Shown here: in pieces, positions 1 through 12,103 of the stretch | Layout: the number at the start of each line of letters is the position of its first letter | How positions within the stretch are numbered: the first letter of the stretch is position 1 | Assembly: GCA_039698055.1 (NCBI GenBank) | Contig: JBDKTL010000007.1 | Location: 32,001-96,000 of the forward strand | Length of the DNA: 64,000 nt | Source: Methanoregula sp. | GTDB lineage: Archaea > Halobacteriota > Methanomicrobia > Methanomicrobiales > Methanospirillaceae | Reading direction: 5' to 3' | Notes under the pieces: model-generated | The model's input: the letters and a program-made list of their open reading frames with translations, nothing else | What the model was told of the DNA's origin: nothing | Databases searched by the model: none | Translations under genes and position numbers: made by a program

Positions 1-635
1 ATATCTTTCATGAGGGGATCGATTCTCGACCATCCGATAAAGTTGCGGATCAGGTAATACTGGATCTTGAAGATCGTGGACTTCTCAAGAGTGAGTCCAT
101 AGTCATCCAGCAACCGGTACATTTTTTCAAGGAGGACTGTTTTCCGATCCTTTTTGATCTCGTCAGAAGTCAGGATCAGAACGTCCCGGAGGTCCTCGAA
201 CAGTCGTTCGAGCAGCTCATATTCAAATTCAGAGAGGCTTGACTCAAAGAGATGGTATTCATTCTGGTTTGTTTTTTTGTTGAGGGTAATATATACCAAT
301 GTCCGTCCTTCATCGATCCAGTACTGGTCGATTAATTCGTGTCCTTCCGGGACTTCCCCCTCAACAAGGGTCCCGTCTTTCTCAAAATTATATTCATCAA
401 TGGTAGATCTCTTTTTACCGCGTATCAGTTCCAGGTAATGGTGAAAGGTGTTATCGGGTTTTTTTGGTTCCGTCCGTTCCGGTGCGGAAGTTGGCACCGA
501 TAGAGTTTCTTTGAATTTTTCTGCCAGGATATCATCTGACGTTGGCGCCGGCTCAACAAGACCGGTTACCGCTGTTTCCATCTCTTTTTTCTGTGGAGAT
601 TTTCGAAGGGCTAAAAAAAAATCAGACAGACGCAT
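1..635 (-). CDS. Archaeal type II/IV secretion (FlaI/PilB-like) ATPase, N-terminal part; runs off the window edge
   Basis: Not in the ORF track; read manually from the ATG at 635: MRLSDFFLALRKS...YHLFESSLSEFEYELLERL...QYYLIRNFIGWSRIDPLMKD, typical of the N-domain of archaeal pilus/archaellum ATPases. Confidence 0.85.
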   Translation of the reverse strand, partial: MRLSDFFLALRKSPQKKEMETAVTGLVEPAPTSDDILAEKFKETLSVPTSAPERTEPKKPDNTFHHYLELIRGKKRSTIDEYNFEKDGTLVEGEVPEGHELIDQYWIDEGRTLVYITLNKKTNQNEYHLFESSLSEFEYELLERLFEDLRDVLILTSDEIKKDRKTVLLEKMYRLLDDYGLTLEKSTIFKIQYYLIRNFIGWSRIDPLMKD

Positions 636-999
636 ATTACCCGTTCCTTACACACAAAAGAGGAATCCTTCCCCGGTTTAATAGTTCGGGAGAGATTCTA
701 TATATAGTGTTTTACCAGATCCTATCTTTGATCATATACAGTAGTGTTCTATACTGGGTAATACTGGGTTTTACATAACTGGATCGCAATCCACAATAAT
801 CAATCCGGCAGGAGCCCGCAGGGTAGCATTTTTCTCTCCGGTTGATGGTTGCACAGACAAAAAAATCGCGGGGTTTTTCCTGGTGCATCAGACCACTTCG
901 TCGTTGGGGATCTCCGTGAAAAACGACAGATATCTTTATCAGTGTTTCAAAGATAGTTCATTTGCGAATGTTCTTTTATTGTTTTTATGAGGGGGTATA

Positions 1000-1827
1000 A
1001 TGCAGGAAACCATACAACAGCGAATGCCAACCGGGATTACCTCGCTTGATCCGATCCTTGAAGGGGGTGTCCCTATGGGATCGGTTATCCTTCTTTTAGG
1101 AGAGATCGGGGCAGGCAATTACGAGTTTGTGTATAGTTCCATAGTAAATACCCTTGGACTCATGAAAGCGCCGGCACAACCGGGAGTGATGATACCAAAA
1201 AAGATCCGTTATGTGACGTTCACCCGGATAAAAGAAGACGTTGTGCATGAGATTGTCCAGTCGTTCCATGCTGAGGGACTCCCCGATGTGGTAAGCACGA
1301 TCCAATTTGATGACCTTTCCGATCTGTATTTTGATCGCAGCATTGTTCCTGATGAGTGGTACAGCCATAGTGATATCCTGACCCGGCTCCAGAAACGATC
1401 GGACCGGGAAAGCATCTTTGTAGGGCTGTCGTCGATTTTTAATGCAGCGGAACACGACAGTATTATTGTGCTGGATTCCATTACCGATATCGCCACCCAG
1501 ACAAACATCCCCAATCTCTGGCAGGATCTGACCGGTATTCTCCGGGGGATCCAGCGGGTTGCAAAACAGCGGAATATTACCACGTATCTCCTGCTCAGTA
1601 AAGGAATTCTTGATTCTGCAAAAGAGGTGGAACTTTCTGATATTGTCGATGCCGTGCTGCTCTTCCGGTGGGAGGAGAGCACAGGTGCGCGGAGGCAGCG
1701 GGTGATGTATTTTGAGAAGTTCAGGGGAGTTATGCCTCATCTTGAAGAGCAGGATCTGGTGAAATTTGCGGTGCGGATATCGACAACAAGCGGGTTTGAC
1801 GTGAGCAATATACGGGTGATCATATGA
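1000..1827 (+). CDS. RAD55/KaiC-like RecA-fold protein with degenerate Walker A
   Basis: PTGITSLDPILEGGVP N-terminus, GEIGAGNYEF (no catalytic Lys), IIVLDS, FEKFRG. Confidence 0.85.
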   Translation: MQETIQQRMPTGITSLDPILEGGVPMGSVILLLGEIGAGNYEFVYSSIVNTLGLMKAPAQPGVMIPKKIRYVTFTRIKEDVVHEIVQSFHAEGLPDVVSTIQFDDLSDLYFDRSIVPDEWYSHSDILTRLQKRSDRESIFVGLSSIFNAAEHDSIIVLDSITDIATQTNIPNLWQDLTGILRGIQRVAKQRNITTYLLLSKGILDSAKEVELSDIVDAVLLFRWEESTGARRQRVMYFEKFRGVMPHLEEQDLVKFAVRISTTSGFDVSNIRVII

Positions 1828-2522
1828 GTCCGGAGCGGGTGAAAGTCGGGATCCCCGGGCTCGATGACATGCTCGGGGGAGGCCTCTTCCCCGGGAGTAT
1901 CTGTTCCATTATCGGTACGTATGGTACCGGAAAAACCACCTATTCGCTCATGTTTGTCTGGGACGGGTTGAAAAAAGGAGAGCGTGTCATTTATATCAGC
2001 CTTGAGGAGCGGGAAGACCGTATTATCCTTTATATGAAGCAAAAAGGCTGGGATGTGGATCAATACCTGAACAAGTCGCTGTTTGTTATCAAACTCGACC
2101 CGACAGATTTCAATCTTGCAAACAACCGGATAAAAAACGAACTCCCGAACCTTATCAGCGAAGTTCATGCCACCCGCGTGGTCATTGATCCTATCTCGCT
2201 GTTTGAAGATCTGTTCGAGACCGATTCCATACGACGCCAGGAGATGTACCGGTTCGTAGAGGGGTTGCGGGACAAACAATGCACGATTATGTTGACATCC
2301 GAGACCCACCGGGATAATGTATTCTCGAGCAGGCATGGTCTCATCGAGTATCTCGCTGATACAGTAATCCTGCTGCGGTATGTCCGGCCAAGCGATCTCA
2401 CTGATGTCCACCTCGCGCTTGAAGTAGTAAAAATGCGTATGTCGGCCCACTCCCGTGAGATTAAACCCTATGAGATCGAACAGGAGCAGGTCATGGTATA
2501 TTCTGAGGCCAATGTGTTCTGA
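1824..2522 (+). CDS. KaiC domain-containing ATPase
   Basis: GIPGLDDMLGGG, GTYGTGKT, SLEE, RVVIDP, VVKMR; ATGA overlap with the upstream gene. Confidence 0.92.
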   Translation: MSPERVKVGIPGLDDMLGGGLFPGSICSIIGTYGTGKTTYSLMFVWDGLKKGERVIYISLEEREDRIILYMKQKGWDVDQYLNKSLFVIKLDPTDFNLANNRIKNELPNLISEVHATRVVIDPISLFEDLFETDSIRRQEMYRFVEGLRDKQCTIMLTSETHRDNVFSSRHGLIEYLADTVILLRYVRPSDLTDVHLALEVVKMRMSAHSREIKPYEIEQEQVMVYSEANVF

Positions 2523-2845
2523 TTTTTCCTGCGGGAATGGAATGGGGTAAGCGGAGAGTCACTACAGAACCTGCGGGGTTTCAGGTTTATGGATTACCGA
2601 CGCGATAAAAAAATTCAGGATCATTATCGCGTTTGGTAAAAATACGTCAGGATCTTTTCATGATCCGCTATTTTTTTCGATCGCGATCACGATCGGTCTT
2701 TAAAAAATAATATTTTCCGGACAATGTTTCCTGTCATAATCAATCCATTGAGAGAACAGGTAACCCCGGCATCGGCATACAAAAAAGTCCGGGAATGTTG
2801 TTTATCCCGTTGGTTGTCCTGAGGTGTTTTTTTTGGTTTTTATGG

Positions 2846-3115
2846 TTATATCGTGACACCAAGAATGCTGAGCAGCACCAGGATCAGCACGCCGGGAAGC
2901 CCGCCGATAGCACAGATCAGGATGGTGGCAAGGCTGTACCCGAGATCGGGTTTACCTATCCATTGCATGACCTGCAAAGAATTCAGGACGAACAGAAACA
3001 GGAGACCCAGAACCCCGTTGACGACAAGAACCGCGAGTTTTTTTACCAGGTAATATGCAATGGCGAGGAGCGCGATAATAATAATAATCGAAATAAGAAC
3101 TGAATCCATTATCAT
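2846..3115 (-). CDS. BofA-family (pro-sigmaK processing inhibitor-like) small membrane protein
   Basis: 89 aa, about three hydrophobic segments, VVNGVLG and GGLPG motifs; ATGA overlap with the pmbA stop. Confidence 0.75.
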   Translation of the reverse strand: MIMDSVLISIIIIIALLAIAYYLVKKLAVLVVNGVLGLLFLFVLNSLQVMQWIGKPDLGYSLATILICAIGGLPGVLILVLLSILGVTI

Positions 3116-4398
3116 TTACCAATGATATGCAGCTTATTAATTTTAATCGAAGGAAGAATGTAAGAGCCAATTGATCGGCTCTCTTTACTTAATCCAACGA
3201 TATTTTTGTGGATCTCAAACACATTTCCCGAGAGCATCGCGCTTTTTATGGGATCCTGGAAATCCCCATCTTCCATCCAGAACGGGTTGGATAATTCCAC
3301 TGAGAAGTCCCCGCTCATGGGATTTGCTGTATGGGCACCGACAACGCTGTGCACATAAATGGCACGTTCATCCGCGATGTTCTCCCGTTTTCCGTCAACC
3401 GTGAAATTGTAATGGCCAATCGAGGGAAGCCCGGCAAATCCTCCCCGCACTGCACTTCCCGTCGATATTTTGCCGAACCGGTACGCGGTTTTGAGATCAT
3501 ACGCAAACGCTTCAAGCATCCCGTCCCGGATAAAATCAACCCTCCGGGTCGGCGTTCCCTCAGCATCCCACCATGCACTCCCACCTTCCCGGGGAATATG
3601 CGGGTTGTCGTACATATCGATCCCGGGAGCCGTTACCATCGTTCCTGATGCTTCGGCAAGTTTGGAACGCCCCATATTGACATTTCTCCCGCTTAACGCA
3701 GGGACAAAGACGTTCGAGAGAAGCTCCGCGTACGCGAGAGGTGAGAGAATAATATCATAATCTCTCGTGGGGATATCTGCGCCGCCGGCAGAGCGGGATG
3801 CAAAAAATGTTGCCCGTTCACCGACTTTCCCCGGATCGATGTCATCGATAAATGCCGCATGGTCAAATTCATACCCGGTGGACTGCCCGCTGATCGCTTC
3901 AAGAGAGACAGAAACCCCGGAGCTCCGGTGAGTGTAGAAAATACCCTGTGAGTTGGCAAACGTGAGGTCGCCTGAGGATAGATCCGCGGAACCTGATGTG
4001 ACATCTGCCGGGTGTGCGGCTGCACTTTCAAGCATCGTTTCAAGGAACTGCTGTGCAATGCCGGGTTCGAGTTTGAGTTTGGGATCAAATGACAGATCGA
4101 CAGCAGGAACCGATGACGGCTCCGGAAGACCATTCCACGTCTGGGGTGTTGCAAGATTTCCGCTGGCAACAGCCGCATCCAGGCATGCTTTCCACTGGTC
4201 CGGGTTGTTGGTGTACGATGCCCCGATCCTTCCCTGGTGAATTGTCCGTATGCACAGCCCGCAATCTTCTGAGGAGGTTGCAATACTGATCTTTTTTTGT
4301 TTCAGGCTGGCGGATATCGAGATCCCGTTAACGTAATAAACCTCCAGTTCGTCAACTTTCTTTGATCCTTCTTTTAAGAGCGTTTCAATCCAGTCCAC
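3112..4398 (-). CDS. pmbA: TldD/PmbA family protein (PmbA/TldE, non-catalytic)
   Basis: DAEGTPT and ANPMSGDFS motifs, no HExxxH; GTG start at 4398 preferred over the ORF-track start. Confidence 0.88.
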   Translation of the reverse strand: MDWIETLLKEGSKKVDELEVYYVNGISISASLKQKKISIATSSEDCGLCIRTIHQGRIGASYTNNPDQWKACLDAAVASGNLATPQTWNGLPEPSSVPAVDLSFDPKLKLEPGIAQQFLETMLESAAAHPADVTSGSADLSSGDLTFANSQGIFYTHRSSGVSVSLEAISGQSTGYEFDHAAFIDDIDPGKVGERATFFASRSAGGADIPTRDYDIILSPLAYAELLSNVFVPALSGRNVNMGRSKLAEASGTMVTAPGIDMYDNPHIPREGGSAWWDAEGTPTRRVDFIRDGMLEAFAYDLKTAYRFGKISTGSAVRGGFAGLPSIGHYNFTVDGKRENIADERAIYVHSVVGAHTANPMSGDFSVELSNPFWMEDGDFQDPIKSAMLSGNVFEIHKNIVGLSKESRSIGSYILPSIKINKLHIIGK

Positions 4399-5734
4399 TG
4401 CCACCCACCACCGCATCGCATAACAGGACATAGGGTGCCCCGTCACTAACCGGCACGCTCTGCCCGCCTTTTCCACAATATCCCGGGTTCATCAGCCGGG
4501 TCTTCCCGCACAGGGTAATACCGTGCAGGGTGGTCAGGATCTCACCTGATAGGGATACATCCCGGATCATTTTTGTGCGTTCACCATTCTCGATCAGGTA
4601 CCCGTATTCCGCGTTGAACTGGAACACCCCCCTGCCCGGATCGACCTGTCCCCCCCGGGAACCTTTGAGGAATATTCCATTCTTACATTCAGCAAAAATT
4701 TCCTCATCGGTCGCATCCCCCGCTTCAATGAAGGTATTGCTCATCCGCACAAGAGGAGGCTCGCCAGCCATCGCCCGTGCATGTCCGGCACTACCGTTCC
4801 CCACTGACGCGAGGGTTTCACGGTTGTGGAGAAACGCGTTGATCGCACCGCGTCTGATGATCTCCGTACGGCAAACTGCGACACCCTCCGCATCCACCGG
4901 ATCAAACCCGAATTCATGGATACCGGGATCATCGACAATCGTGAGCTGTTCGTTTGCGATCTTCTGTCCGGTCCTGCCTTTGAGAACGGAGTTTCCTTCC
5001 TGGATCAGGTCGCCTTCGCTGGCGTGTCCCACGGCTTCATGCGCAAACACACCGGCAAGTCCGGGATCGAGAACAGCATGCATCTTCCCGCCTTTTGCCG
5101 CGCCGGCATCGAGAAGGGCAACTGCCACATCTGCCGCTTTTTTACCTTTCTCTGCCTGGTGCCGGAGGTTGAAACCGTGGATGGTGTGATCGCGTTCATA
5201 ACCCATCTGGATATTGCCGTTCCGTGATGCCACCGCCATGACAGAAAATCCTGACCGGCACATTTCATAGGTATATTCGTTGCCGGAACTGTCCAGAAAA
5301 TGGATATTCTCAATTTTTTCCGTATAATTCGCCCGCCGGTTTACTACGAGAGGGTTGGTTGCTGAGCGTTCGATTTCCGATAAGAGTGCAGATTTTTCTT
5401 CGATGCTGATTGAACGGCAGTCTTCCTTTGTTGGGACGGTCGGCAGCATGCCATGCCGCACATCTCCAAGAATAACCGGCTCTTCGGTAATCTGGGCGAG
5501 TTTGTTGGCATCGTTAAGAATAGTGTCGAATTTTTTTCCGGAGCCGGGAATGTAATTGTCTACTTGGACAATTCCCCATCCTCTCGGGCCAAGAACCCGT
5601 ATCACGGCTTTATTGAAAAATGAAGTTCCGGCAGATTCCACCGTTCCATTATCAATATCGATATGGGTGTTCTGCCCGCAAACATGCCGGAGATCATAGT
5701 AACGGATTCCACCAGGTTCGGGCATGATGTTCAT
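4385..5734 (-). CDS. tldD: TldD metalloprotease subunit
   Basis: HEAVGH zinc motif, [19 protein letters not shown]. Confidence 0.92.
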   Translation of the reverse strand: MNIMPEPGGIRYYDLRHVCGQNTHIDIDNGTVESAGTSFFNKAVIRVLGPRGWGIVQVDNYIPGSGKKFDTILNDANKLAQITEEPVILGDVRHGMLPTVPTKEDCRSISIEEKSALLSEIERSATNPLVVNRRANYTEKIENIHFLDSSGNEYTYEMCRSGFSVMAVASRNGNIQMGYERDHTIHGFNLRHQAEKGKKAADVAVALLDAGAAKGGKMHAVLDPGLAGVFAHEAVGHASEGDLIQEGNSVLKGRTGQKIANEQLTIVDDPGIHEFGFDPVDAEGVAVCRTEIIRRGAINAFLHNRETLASVGNGSAGHARAMAGEPPLVRMSNTFIEAGDATDEEIFAECKNGIFLKGSRGGQVDPGRGVFQFNAEYGYLIENGERTKMIRDVSLSGEILTTLHGITLCGKTRLMNPGYCGKGGQSVPVSDGAPYVLLCDAVVGGSGLD

Positions 5735-7674
5735 GCCACGGTCTGGTTGATCGAAGGTGTCTCTGCAACCATCGCGGTCGATCGTATCGCCATTTTTTTG
5801 AGCTTGAGGAGGAAGCCTTCTGCATTCTCCGGCACAAGCGCATGTTTGAGCACATCATTAATGGTATCGACCGGGATAACCATGACAAGGGATTTGTACC
5901 GCTCTTCAATGAGGACATCATTGATATTTGTCCGGGGGATGAGGACCGTCTTGATGCCGGCTTTTGCCGCTGCTTCAATCTTGAATGTGACCCCGCCCAC
6001 GGGGAGAACATCGCCCCGTACCGAAAGTGATCCTGTCATGGCAACATCCTGCCTGACCGGAATGCCTTCAATCGCACTGATGACAGCAGTTGCTACACTG
6101 ATCGATGCAGAATCTCCTTCAACACCGCCATAGGTGCCAATGAACTGGATGTGGATATCGATATTTCTCACATCTTTCCCGGTGAATTTTTTCAGGATCG
6201 CACTGACGTTCTTAATGGACTCCTGCGCGATCTCCTTTAACATGCCCGTTGCGATGACGGTTCCGCTTGCGCCCTGTGCGGGAGTGACTTCAGCCATGAT
6301 GGGAAGCACGGACCCGGAATCAGTTCCCATAACCGCAAGGCCATTTACCCGGCCGATGCGTGTGCCTTCAATAACCGTCAACTCGTATTCCCGGCTCCTG
6401 CGGATATATTCATCAGATACCTGATCTTCAATCGACCGTGCGGTTATCTTTGCCGCAGTGACATGGGTGGCTGAGGTTAATGCCGCTCCTTCCTGCCGGG
6501 CAATATCCCCTGCAACCCGGATCAGGCCACCCATATCCCGCAGTTTGAGGGTGAGGTGCCCCTTGCGGTTCGAACGGCGTCTGGCTTCACGGATGATTTC
6601 ATCAATCGCGCCGGGGTCAAAATGCGGGATCTTACCATCATTTTTCACTTCCTGCGCGATGAACCGGATATATTTTTCCCGGTTTTCCGGTGTATCGTCC
6701 ATGCTCTCGGACATATAGACTTCATACCCGTATCCACGGATACGTGACCGCAATGCCGGGTGCATTCCCTGGATCGCATCGAGATTTCCTGCTGCTACCA
6801 TCACAAATTTGCAGGGCACCGGTTCAGTGCGGACCATCGCACCACTTGAACGTTCGCTCTGGCCGGTAATGGGAAATTCTCCCTCCTGGAGTGCGGTGAG
6901 CAGGTTCTGCTGGGAGTGAGGGTCCAGTGTGTTGATCTCATCGATGAACAGGACTCCGCCGTTCGAACGGTGGATTGCTCCTGCCTCGACACGGTCGTGT
7001 GCCGGGGTTTCCAGTCCGCCGCTCTGGAAAGGATCGTGTCTCACATCGCCAAGAAGGGCACCGGCATGCGAACCGGTACCGTCAATAAAGGGGGCAGCAC
7101 TCTTGGTATCATTTGAAACAAGCAGTTTTGGCACCATCGCTTCTTCGCGGGGAGTTGTATAGCGCAGCGCCATAAACACAAACGCCGCGGCGATAATACC
7201 CATCAGCCACTGGTAGGTAAGGAAGGCATAGCCGATGATGCCTATCACCAGAATCATCAGGAGCGTATTCCTGAATTGTGTCTTCTTTTTAGCTTCGGCC
7301 TTGTGAGCGGCAACAATCTGTTTGCCCCGCCCCATGGCAACAGTCCGTATGACAGGATTATTAGGATCGTCGGAATTGGGATAAACCATAATATCCAGCA
7401 AATCCTCTTTTGGCAGGAGCTCAGCCATTGCTTTTGCAAGCATGGACTTCCCGGTTCCCGGGCTGCCGATCATCATGACATGCCGGCGCTGTATTGCCGC
7501 TTTCCTGATGACTTCTACAGCATGCTCCTGGCCAATTACCTGATCGATCAATTTGGCAGGCACTTCGATCTGTGACGATGCTCCGGGAACAATGATCTCG
7601 GGGGCTGGCTGATTTACGGGGGCCTCGGTCTTCACTTCGTCGATTGCCTCAACGGGCTGTTCTGCATTTTCCAT
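5731..7674 (-). CDS. lonB: ATP-dependent protease LonB (membrane-anchored)
   Basis: [10 protein letters not shown] insertion in the AAA+ domain, IDEI, catalytic VEGDSAS and [10 protein letters not shown]. Confidence 0.96.
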   Translation of the reverse strand: MENAEQPVEAIDEVKTEAPVNQPAPEIIVPGASSQIEVPAKLIDQVIGQEHAVEVIRKAAIQRRHVMMIGSPGTGKSMLAKAMAELLPKEDLLDIMVYPNSDDPNNPVIRTVAMGRGKQIVAAHKAEAKKKTQFRNTLLMILVIGIIGYAFLTYQWLMGIIAAAFVFMALRYTTPREEAMVPKLLVSNDTKSAAPFIDGTGSHAGALLGDVRHDPFQSGGLETPAHDRVEAGAIHRSNGGVLFIDEINTLDPHSQQNLLTALQEGEFPITGQSERSSGAMVRTEPVPCKFVMVAAGNLDAIQGMHPALRSRIRGYGYEVYMSESMDDTPENREKYIRFIAQEVKNDGKIPHFDPGAIDEIIREARRRSNRKGHLTLKLRDMGGLIRVAGDIARQEGAALTSATHVTAAKITARSIEDQVSDEYIRRSREYELTVIEGTRIGRVNGLAVMGTDSGSVLPIMAEVTPAQGASGTVIATGMLKEIAQESIKNVSAILKKFTGKDVRNIDIHIQFIGTYGGVEGDSASISVATAVISAIEGIPVRQDVAMTGSLSVRGDVLPVGGVTFKIEAAAKAGIKTVLIPRTNINDVLIEERYKSLVMVIPVDTINDVLKHALVPENAEGFLLKLKKMAIRSTAMVAETPSINQTVA

Positions 7675-7875
7675 TGGAGATTTTACCTCTTTTTAACCCT
7701 TCGGTATCCATATAATTTGGCCCATAATAGTTTAAGTACTTTCAGCTGATTGCACAGGTCGATTACGTCAGTCGTAAAATCCCAGTAAAAACAATGCATA
7801 ATAATACAAAACAGAAGGGCGTATACTAAAACCAGAAATATGTTTTATCCCCTTGGTTGGTAAAGGAACATTAAC

Positions 7876-8724
7876 ATGAGAGTGATCAGCACAGAAAAAT
7901 CCCAGATTCTTGCTGCCCGTATTGCCGAGGCACTCAGCATACCGGTCGTGGATGTCAAATTCTCACGGTTTCCCGATGGCGAACATTACCTTGCTGCCGG
8001 AGATCTGGATGATGAAACCATCATTGTCGGGAGCGTTGTGGATAACGATGCGCTAGTCCAGCTGCTCCTCCTGATTGATGCCTGCGACAGTTCATCCAAC
8101 CGGCTGGTCATTCCCTATATGGGGTATGCACGCCAGGATAAACGCTTTAAGCAGGGAGAGCCCATCAGCGCCCGCGCCATTGCACAGGTATTAGGACGGG
8201 GGGTCGAATCGTGCATCACCGTCAATATTCATGAACCCGAAATCCTGAAATATTTCACTGCCCCGACAACAAATCTTTCACTTGCTCATGAAGTCGGAGA
8301 GTATATCCGTCGTGCAGATATTCCCGATCCGCTTATCCTTGCACCTGACGATGGGGCACTGGCATTTGCCCGGGATGTGGCAGCTGTCGGTGGATGGGAT
8401 TACGACCACCTTGAAAAGACCCGGTTGAGCGGGGTGGAAGTGAAAATGGCGCCGAAAAAGTTGTGCGCCGCTTCACGGTCAGTGGTCATTGTCGATGATA
8501 TCATATCCACCGGGGGAACGATCGCGACTGCCGCTGGCATGCTCTATCAGCAGGGAGCAAAAGATGTGTATGCATCCTGTGTTCACGGGGTGCTTATCGG
8601 CGGTGCTTATACCCACCTGAAATCAAATGGCATCAGGGATATTGTCTGTAGCGATACCATTGAACGGGGATGCAGTAAAATTTCCGCAGCGGGGTTGATC
8701 GCGTCGGCGCTCACCAGGGAATAA
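7876..8724 (+). CDS. prs: Ribose-phosphate pyrophosphokinase
   Basis: FPDGE, YARQDK, APDDGA, VDDIISTGGT. Confidence 0.96.
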   Translation: MRVISTEKSQILAARIAEALSIPVVDVKFSRFPDGEHYLAAGDLDDETIIVGSVVDNDALVQLLLLIDACDSSSNRLVIPYMGYARQDKRFKQGEPISARAIAQVLGRGVESCITVNIHEPEILKYFTAPTTNLSLAHEVGEYIRRADIPDPLILAPDDGALAFARDVAAVGGWDYDHLEKTRLSGVEVKMAPKKLCAASRSVVIVDDIISTGGTIATAAGMLYQQGAKDVYASCVHGVLIGGAYTHLKSNGIRDIVCSDTIERGCSKISAAGLIASALTRE

Positions 8725-8773
8725 TGATACGACCGGGATTTTCTTTTTTGCCATACCAAGGAGGAGTCAGATC

Positions 8774-9229
8774 ATGAAATGCGTTCTTGACTCTACCGTT
8801 TTTTTTCTGGATTTCCCGGTTTCCGGTGAATTATATACGACGCCACTGGTCATGGGAGAACTTATCGATCTCCCCTCCAAATGCCGGTTTGAAAAATACG
8901 TTTCAGCCGGTCTCCGGGTTCTCGCACCGCAGAAGGAGATCATAAAACTGGTCCGGACAGCTGCTGAAAAAACCAGAGATTCTGGTGTGATTTCTGAGAC
9001 GGATTGTGAAATTATTGCGCTTGCCCTCGATTTGAAAGCGGTCATCTATACCGATGATTTTGCTATCCAGAACATTGCAATGGAACTGCACATTCCCGTA
9101 CATCCAATCCAGCAGAGAACCACAAAAAAGATCGTCTGGAAGTACCGGTGCAGCGGGTGCGGCAGGTATTTTGAAACCGACGGGGAATGTCCCATCTGCG
9201 GCTCAAAAATTAAACGAAAACTTAAATAG
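8774..9229 (+). CDS. nob1: Nob1-family PIN endonuclease with Zn ribbon
   Basis: VLDS, TDDFAIQN, CSGC...CPICG. Confidence 0.9.
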   Translation: MKCVLDSTVFFLDFPVSGELYTTPLVMGELIDLPSKCRFEKYVSAGLRVLAPQKEIIKLVRTAAEKTRDSGVISETDCEIIALALDLKAVIYTDDFAIQNIAMELHIPVHPIQQRTTKKIVWKYRCSGCGRYFETDGECPICGSKIKRKLK

Positions 9230-9250
9230 ATAACGACAAATCTTTTGTCC

Positions 9251-9859
9251 ATGTCTTCCCTTGACGATCTGATCATGCGGGCAAAGATGCTTCTTTCTGA
9301 AGGTCACAGCCCGGGCCAGATTGCTGATGAGCTCTCCCTTTCCATGGAAACGGTAACTTGGTTGCTTACCCAGGTGAAAGGTTCCGCCGCACCAAAAGAT
9401 GTTCATATTGACTGGTCCGCTGTAAGCTGCCAGGCGCCATTGCTGGAAGAAACAGCGTTGATGTTGTTGAACCGGTACTATGGATCGCAAAACGAAGAGA
9501 TGAGCCACCCCAGTGCAGCGGGTGTTATTGTCGGGATCGCGCTGTCCGGGATTCCGCTTGCGACGCTGATTGCGGTTCAGGAGAATGCAAAGCTGGCCAT
9601 CTATCACCCGGCAAAACAAAATGCGAGCGAACACCCTATCGGATCTATCAGTGGGAATTTTGCATCGGTCGCAGGAGAAAGATGCATCATTGTCGATGAT
9701 GTTATCACGTCAGGCAATACGATGAAAGAAGTAGTGAAATATTTAAAAAAGCATGGCGCGACACCGGTCGCAATCTGGGTAATCTTTGATAAGCGCGGTA
9801 TCACGGATGTTGAAGGAGTACCGGTATATTCGCTCTTTAAAATTTCCCGGATTGATTAA
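9251..9859 (+). CDS. gfcR: Orotate phosphoribosyltransferase-like protein with N-terminal HTH (GfcR-type)
   Basis: [21 protein letters not shown]; [11 protein letters not shown] motif. Confidence 0.85.
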   Translation: MSSLDDLIMRAKMLLSEGHSPGQIADELSLSMETVTWLLTQVKGSAAPKDVHIDWSAVSCQAPLLEETALMLLNRYYGSQNEEMSHPSAAGVIVGIALSGIPLATLIAVQENAKLAIYHPAKQNASEHPIGSISGNFASVAGERCIIVDDVITSGNTMKEVVKYLKKHGATPVAIWVIFDKRGITDVEGVPVYSLFKISRID

Positions 9860-9939
9860 TCATACATCTTTTTGGATCAAGGAGAGAATAATTTATATAG
9901 AAGTTCAATTCCACCTTTTACAGCATCGGAGGATCAAAT

Positions 9940-11532
9940 ATGTTAGAAGGTCAACCAATTGTTATTTTAAGAAATAATGTCGAGCGAAATCGCGGGAAGG
10001 ACGCCCAGCGCTCGAATATTATGGCGGCAAAAGCTATCGCCGGAGCGGTAAGGACAACCCTTGGTCCACGGGGAATGGACAAGATGCTTGTCGGTTCTGT
10101 TGGGGATATCGTCATCACCAACGATGGCGCAACGATTCTGTCAGAGATCTCAGTCCAGCACCCCGGTGCGAAGATGGTCATCGAAGTTGCAAAAACGCAG
10201 GATGACGAAGTCGGGGACGGCACCACCACCGCAGTGGTTATTGTCGGCGCACTGATGGAGCAGGCTGAAGACCTGCTCGAACAGGGCATCCACCCAACGG
10301 TGATCGCACAAGGTTACCGGATGGGCATGGATAAAGCCCTTGAGATCACAAAGGGACTTTCATTCAAAGTCGACCATGAAGACAGGAAGACTCTTGTAAA
10401 GATTGCAGACACGGCAATCACGGGAAAATCCATCGAATCTGTAAAAGGAAAACTTGATAGTATTATCGTCGATGCTGTGATGGCTGTTGCAGAGAAGGTA
10501 AACGGCACCTTCCTTGTTGACGAAGACGATGTCATGATCAAGAAACAGAAAGGAAAGTCGATGGATGACGCAGAGCTGATCCGCGGCGTTGTTCTCGATA
10601 AGAAGCGGGTAAATGAAGGAATGCCCCGCAAGGTCTCAAAAGCAAAAGTCGCACTCATCGCGATGCCTATGGAGATCACAAAAACCCAGGTGAAAGCAAA
10701 GATCAAAATCACCGATGCAGAACAGATCACCGCTTTCAGTGAGCAGGAGAGGGAAGCACTCAAGAAACTTGCTGATGCAGTCATCAACAGCGGTGCAAAT
10801 GTCCTCTTCTGCCAGAAGGGTATTGCAGATGCAGTTCAGTTCTTCCTTGCAAAGCACGGGATATACGCAATCGAAGATGTTCCCGAGAGTGACATGAAGT
10901 ATGCCGCTCGTGCACTTCATGCAAACATCGTCAACAAACCCGAAGAACTGACGGCAAAAGATCTGGGAAGTGCCGAGACAGTTGAAGAAGACAACGACGT
11001 TGACATTACCCGTATCTCCGGGTGCAAGAACCCAAAGACCATTACCATCCTTCTCAGGGGTTCCAGTGACTATCTTCTCGACGAACTGGAGCGTGCAGTT
11101 GTTGACGGAACACGGGTAGTCATGGATGCCATAGAAGATGGCACATACGTTGTCGGTGGTGGCGCTGTCGAGACGGAACTTCTCATGAAGATCCGGAATT
11201 ATGCAGAGACCGTCGGGGGAAGAGTTCAGCTCGCAATCGAGGGGTATGCAACGGCATTTGAGACAATTCCCCGAACCCTTGCAGAGAATTCCGGGTACAA
11301 CCCCATCGATAAACTCGTCGAACTCAAGAATGCCCATGCAAAAGGCAAGAAGAATGCCGGGCTCAATGTCTATACAGGAGCAGTTGTGGATATGCTTGCT
11401 GAAGGTGTTCTTGAACCACTCCGATCCAAGCGCCAGTCAATCCAGAGTGCTTCTGAAACGGCGATCATGCTCATCCGTGTCGATGATATGATGATCACCC
11501 AGTCAAAACCCCGTATGCCACCAGGCATGTAA
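9940..11532 (+). CDS. ths: Thermosome (group II chaperonin) subunit
   Basis: [22 protein letters not shown]. Confidence 0.97.
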   Translation: MLEGQPIVILRNNVERNRGKDAQRSNIMAAKAIAGAVRTTLGPRGMDKMLVGSVGDIVITNDGATILSEISVQHPGAKMVIEVAKTQDDEVGDGTTTAVVIVGALMEQAEDLLEQGIHPTVIAQGYRMGMDKALEITKGLSFKVDHEDRKTLVKIADTAITGKSIESVKGKLDSIIVDAVMAVAEKVNGTFLVDEDDVMIKKQKGKSMDDAELIRGVVLDKKRVNEGMPRKVSKAKVALIAMPMEITKTQVKAKIKITDAEQITAFSEQEREALKKLADAVINSGANVLFCQKGIADAVQFFLAKHGIYAIEDVPESDMKYAARALHANIVNKPEELTAKDLGSAETVEEDNDVDITRISGCKNPKTITILLRGSSDYLLDELERAVVDGTRVVMDAIEDGTYVVGGGAVETELLMKIRNYAETVGGRVQLAIEGYATAFETIPRTLAENSGYNPIDKLVELKNAHAKGKKNAGLNVYTGAVVDMLAEGVLEPLRSKRQSIQSASETAIMLIRVDDMMITQSKPRMPPGM

Positions 11533-11714
11533 ATAAAAAATAATAAATTTTCTTTTCCGGAGTGTGCCCGACACTCTTTTTTCAGCCGGTATTACCTGAA
11601 AAACACAATCAGGGCATAAATAATACTCAAAACAACATCGTACCCGATCAGAACCAGCGAAGGTTCTTCAGATAACTATTAGAGGAATTGGCAAGAGAAA
11701 TATCTGAACCGGGT

Positions 11715-11799
11715 GCCGAGGTAGTCTAGTCCGGGAAGGCGGTAGCCTCGAAAGCTACTGGCGCTTTGCGCCTCGGGAGTTCAAATCTCCCCCTCGGCG
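11715..11799 (+). tRNA. tRNA-Ser(CGA)
   Basis: Acceptor GCCGAGG/CCTCGGC, anticodon loop CTCGAAA, long variable arm, GTTCAAATC T-loop, discriminator G; CCA not encoded. Confidence 0.95.
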
Positions 11800-12103
11800 T
11801 ACAAGGAAACGGTCTGAATATTTTAAAAAAAGAGACCTTTTTTATCTAATCCATGAGTGATATTTCACTCTTAAATGTTCAAATTCCTGAATAATATCCA
11901 TTAATCAAATTCCTCTTTGACGCGTCCTTAATCAGGTCAAAGCAATATGCATTCACGTAAGCGTATGAAAAAAATCTTCGCAGGATTCCCCTTAAATAAT
12001 AATTAATAAATATGACTTATTATAAGTATATTTTATCGGTCAATACAATAACCTGATGACGTGGGTTTCATCTGGATAATATCGAAACAAGGGAGACAGG
12101 AAT

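Noticed and set aside
700-790. EarA-like TACATA and short ATACTGGG duplication upstream of the ATPase
   Set aside because: A single short hit in AT-rich DNA is expected by chance.
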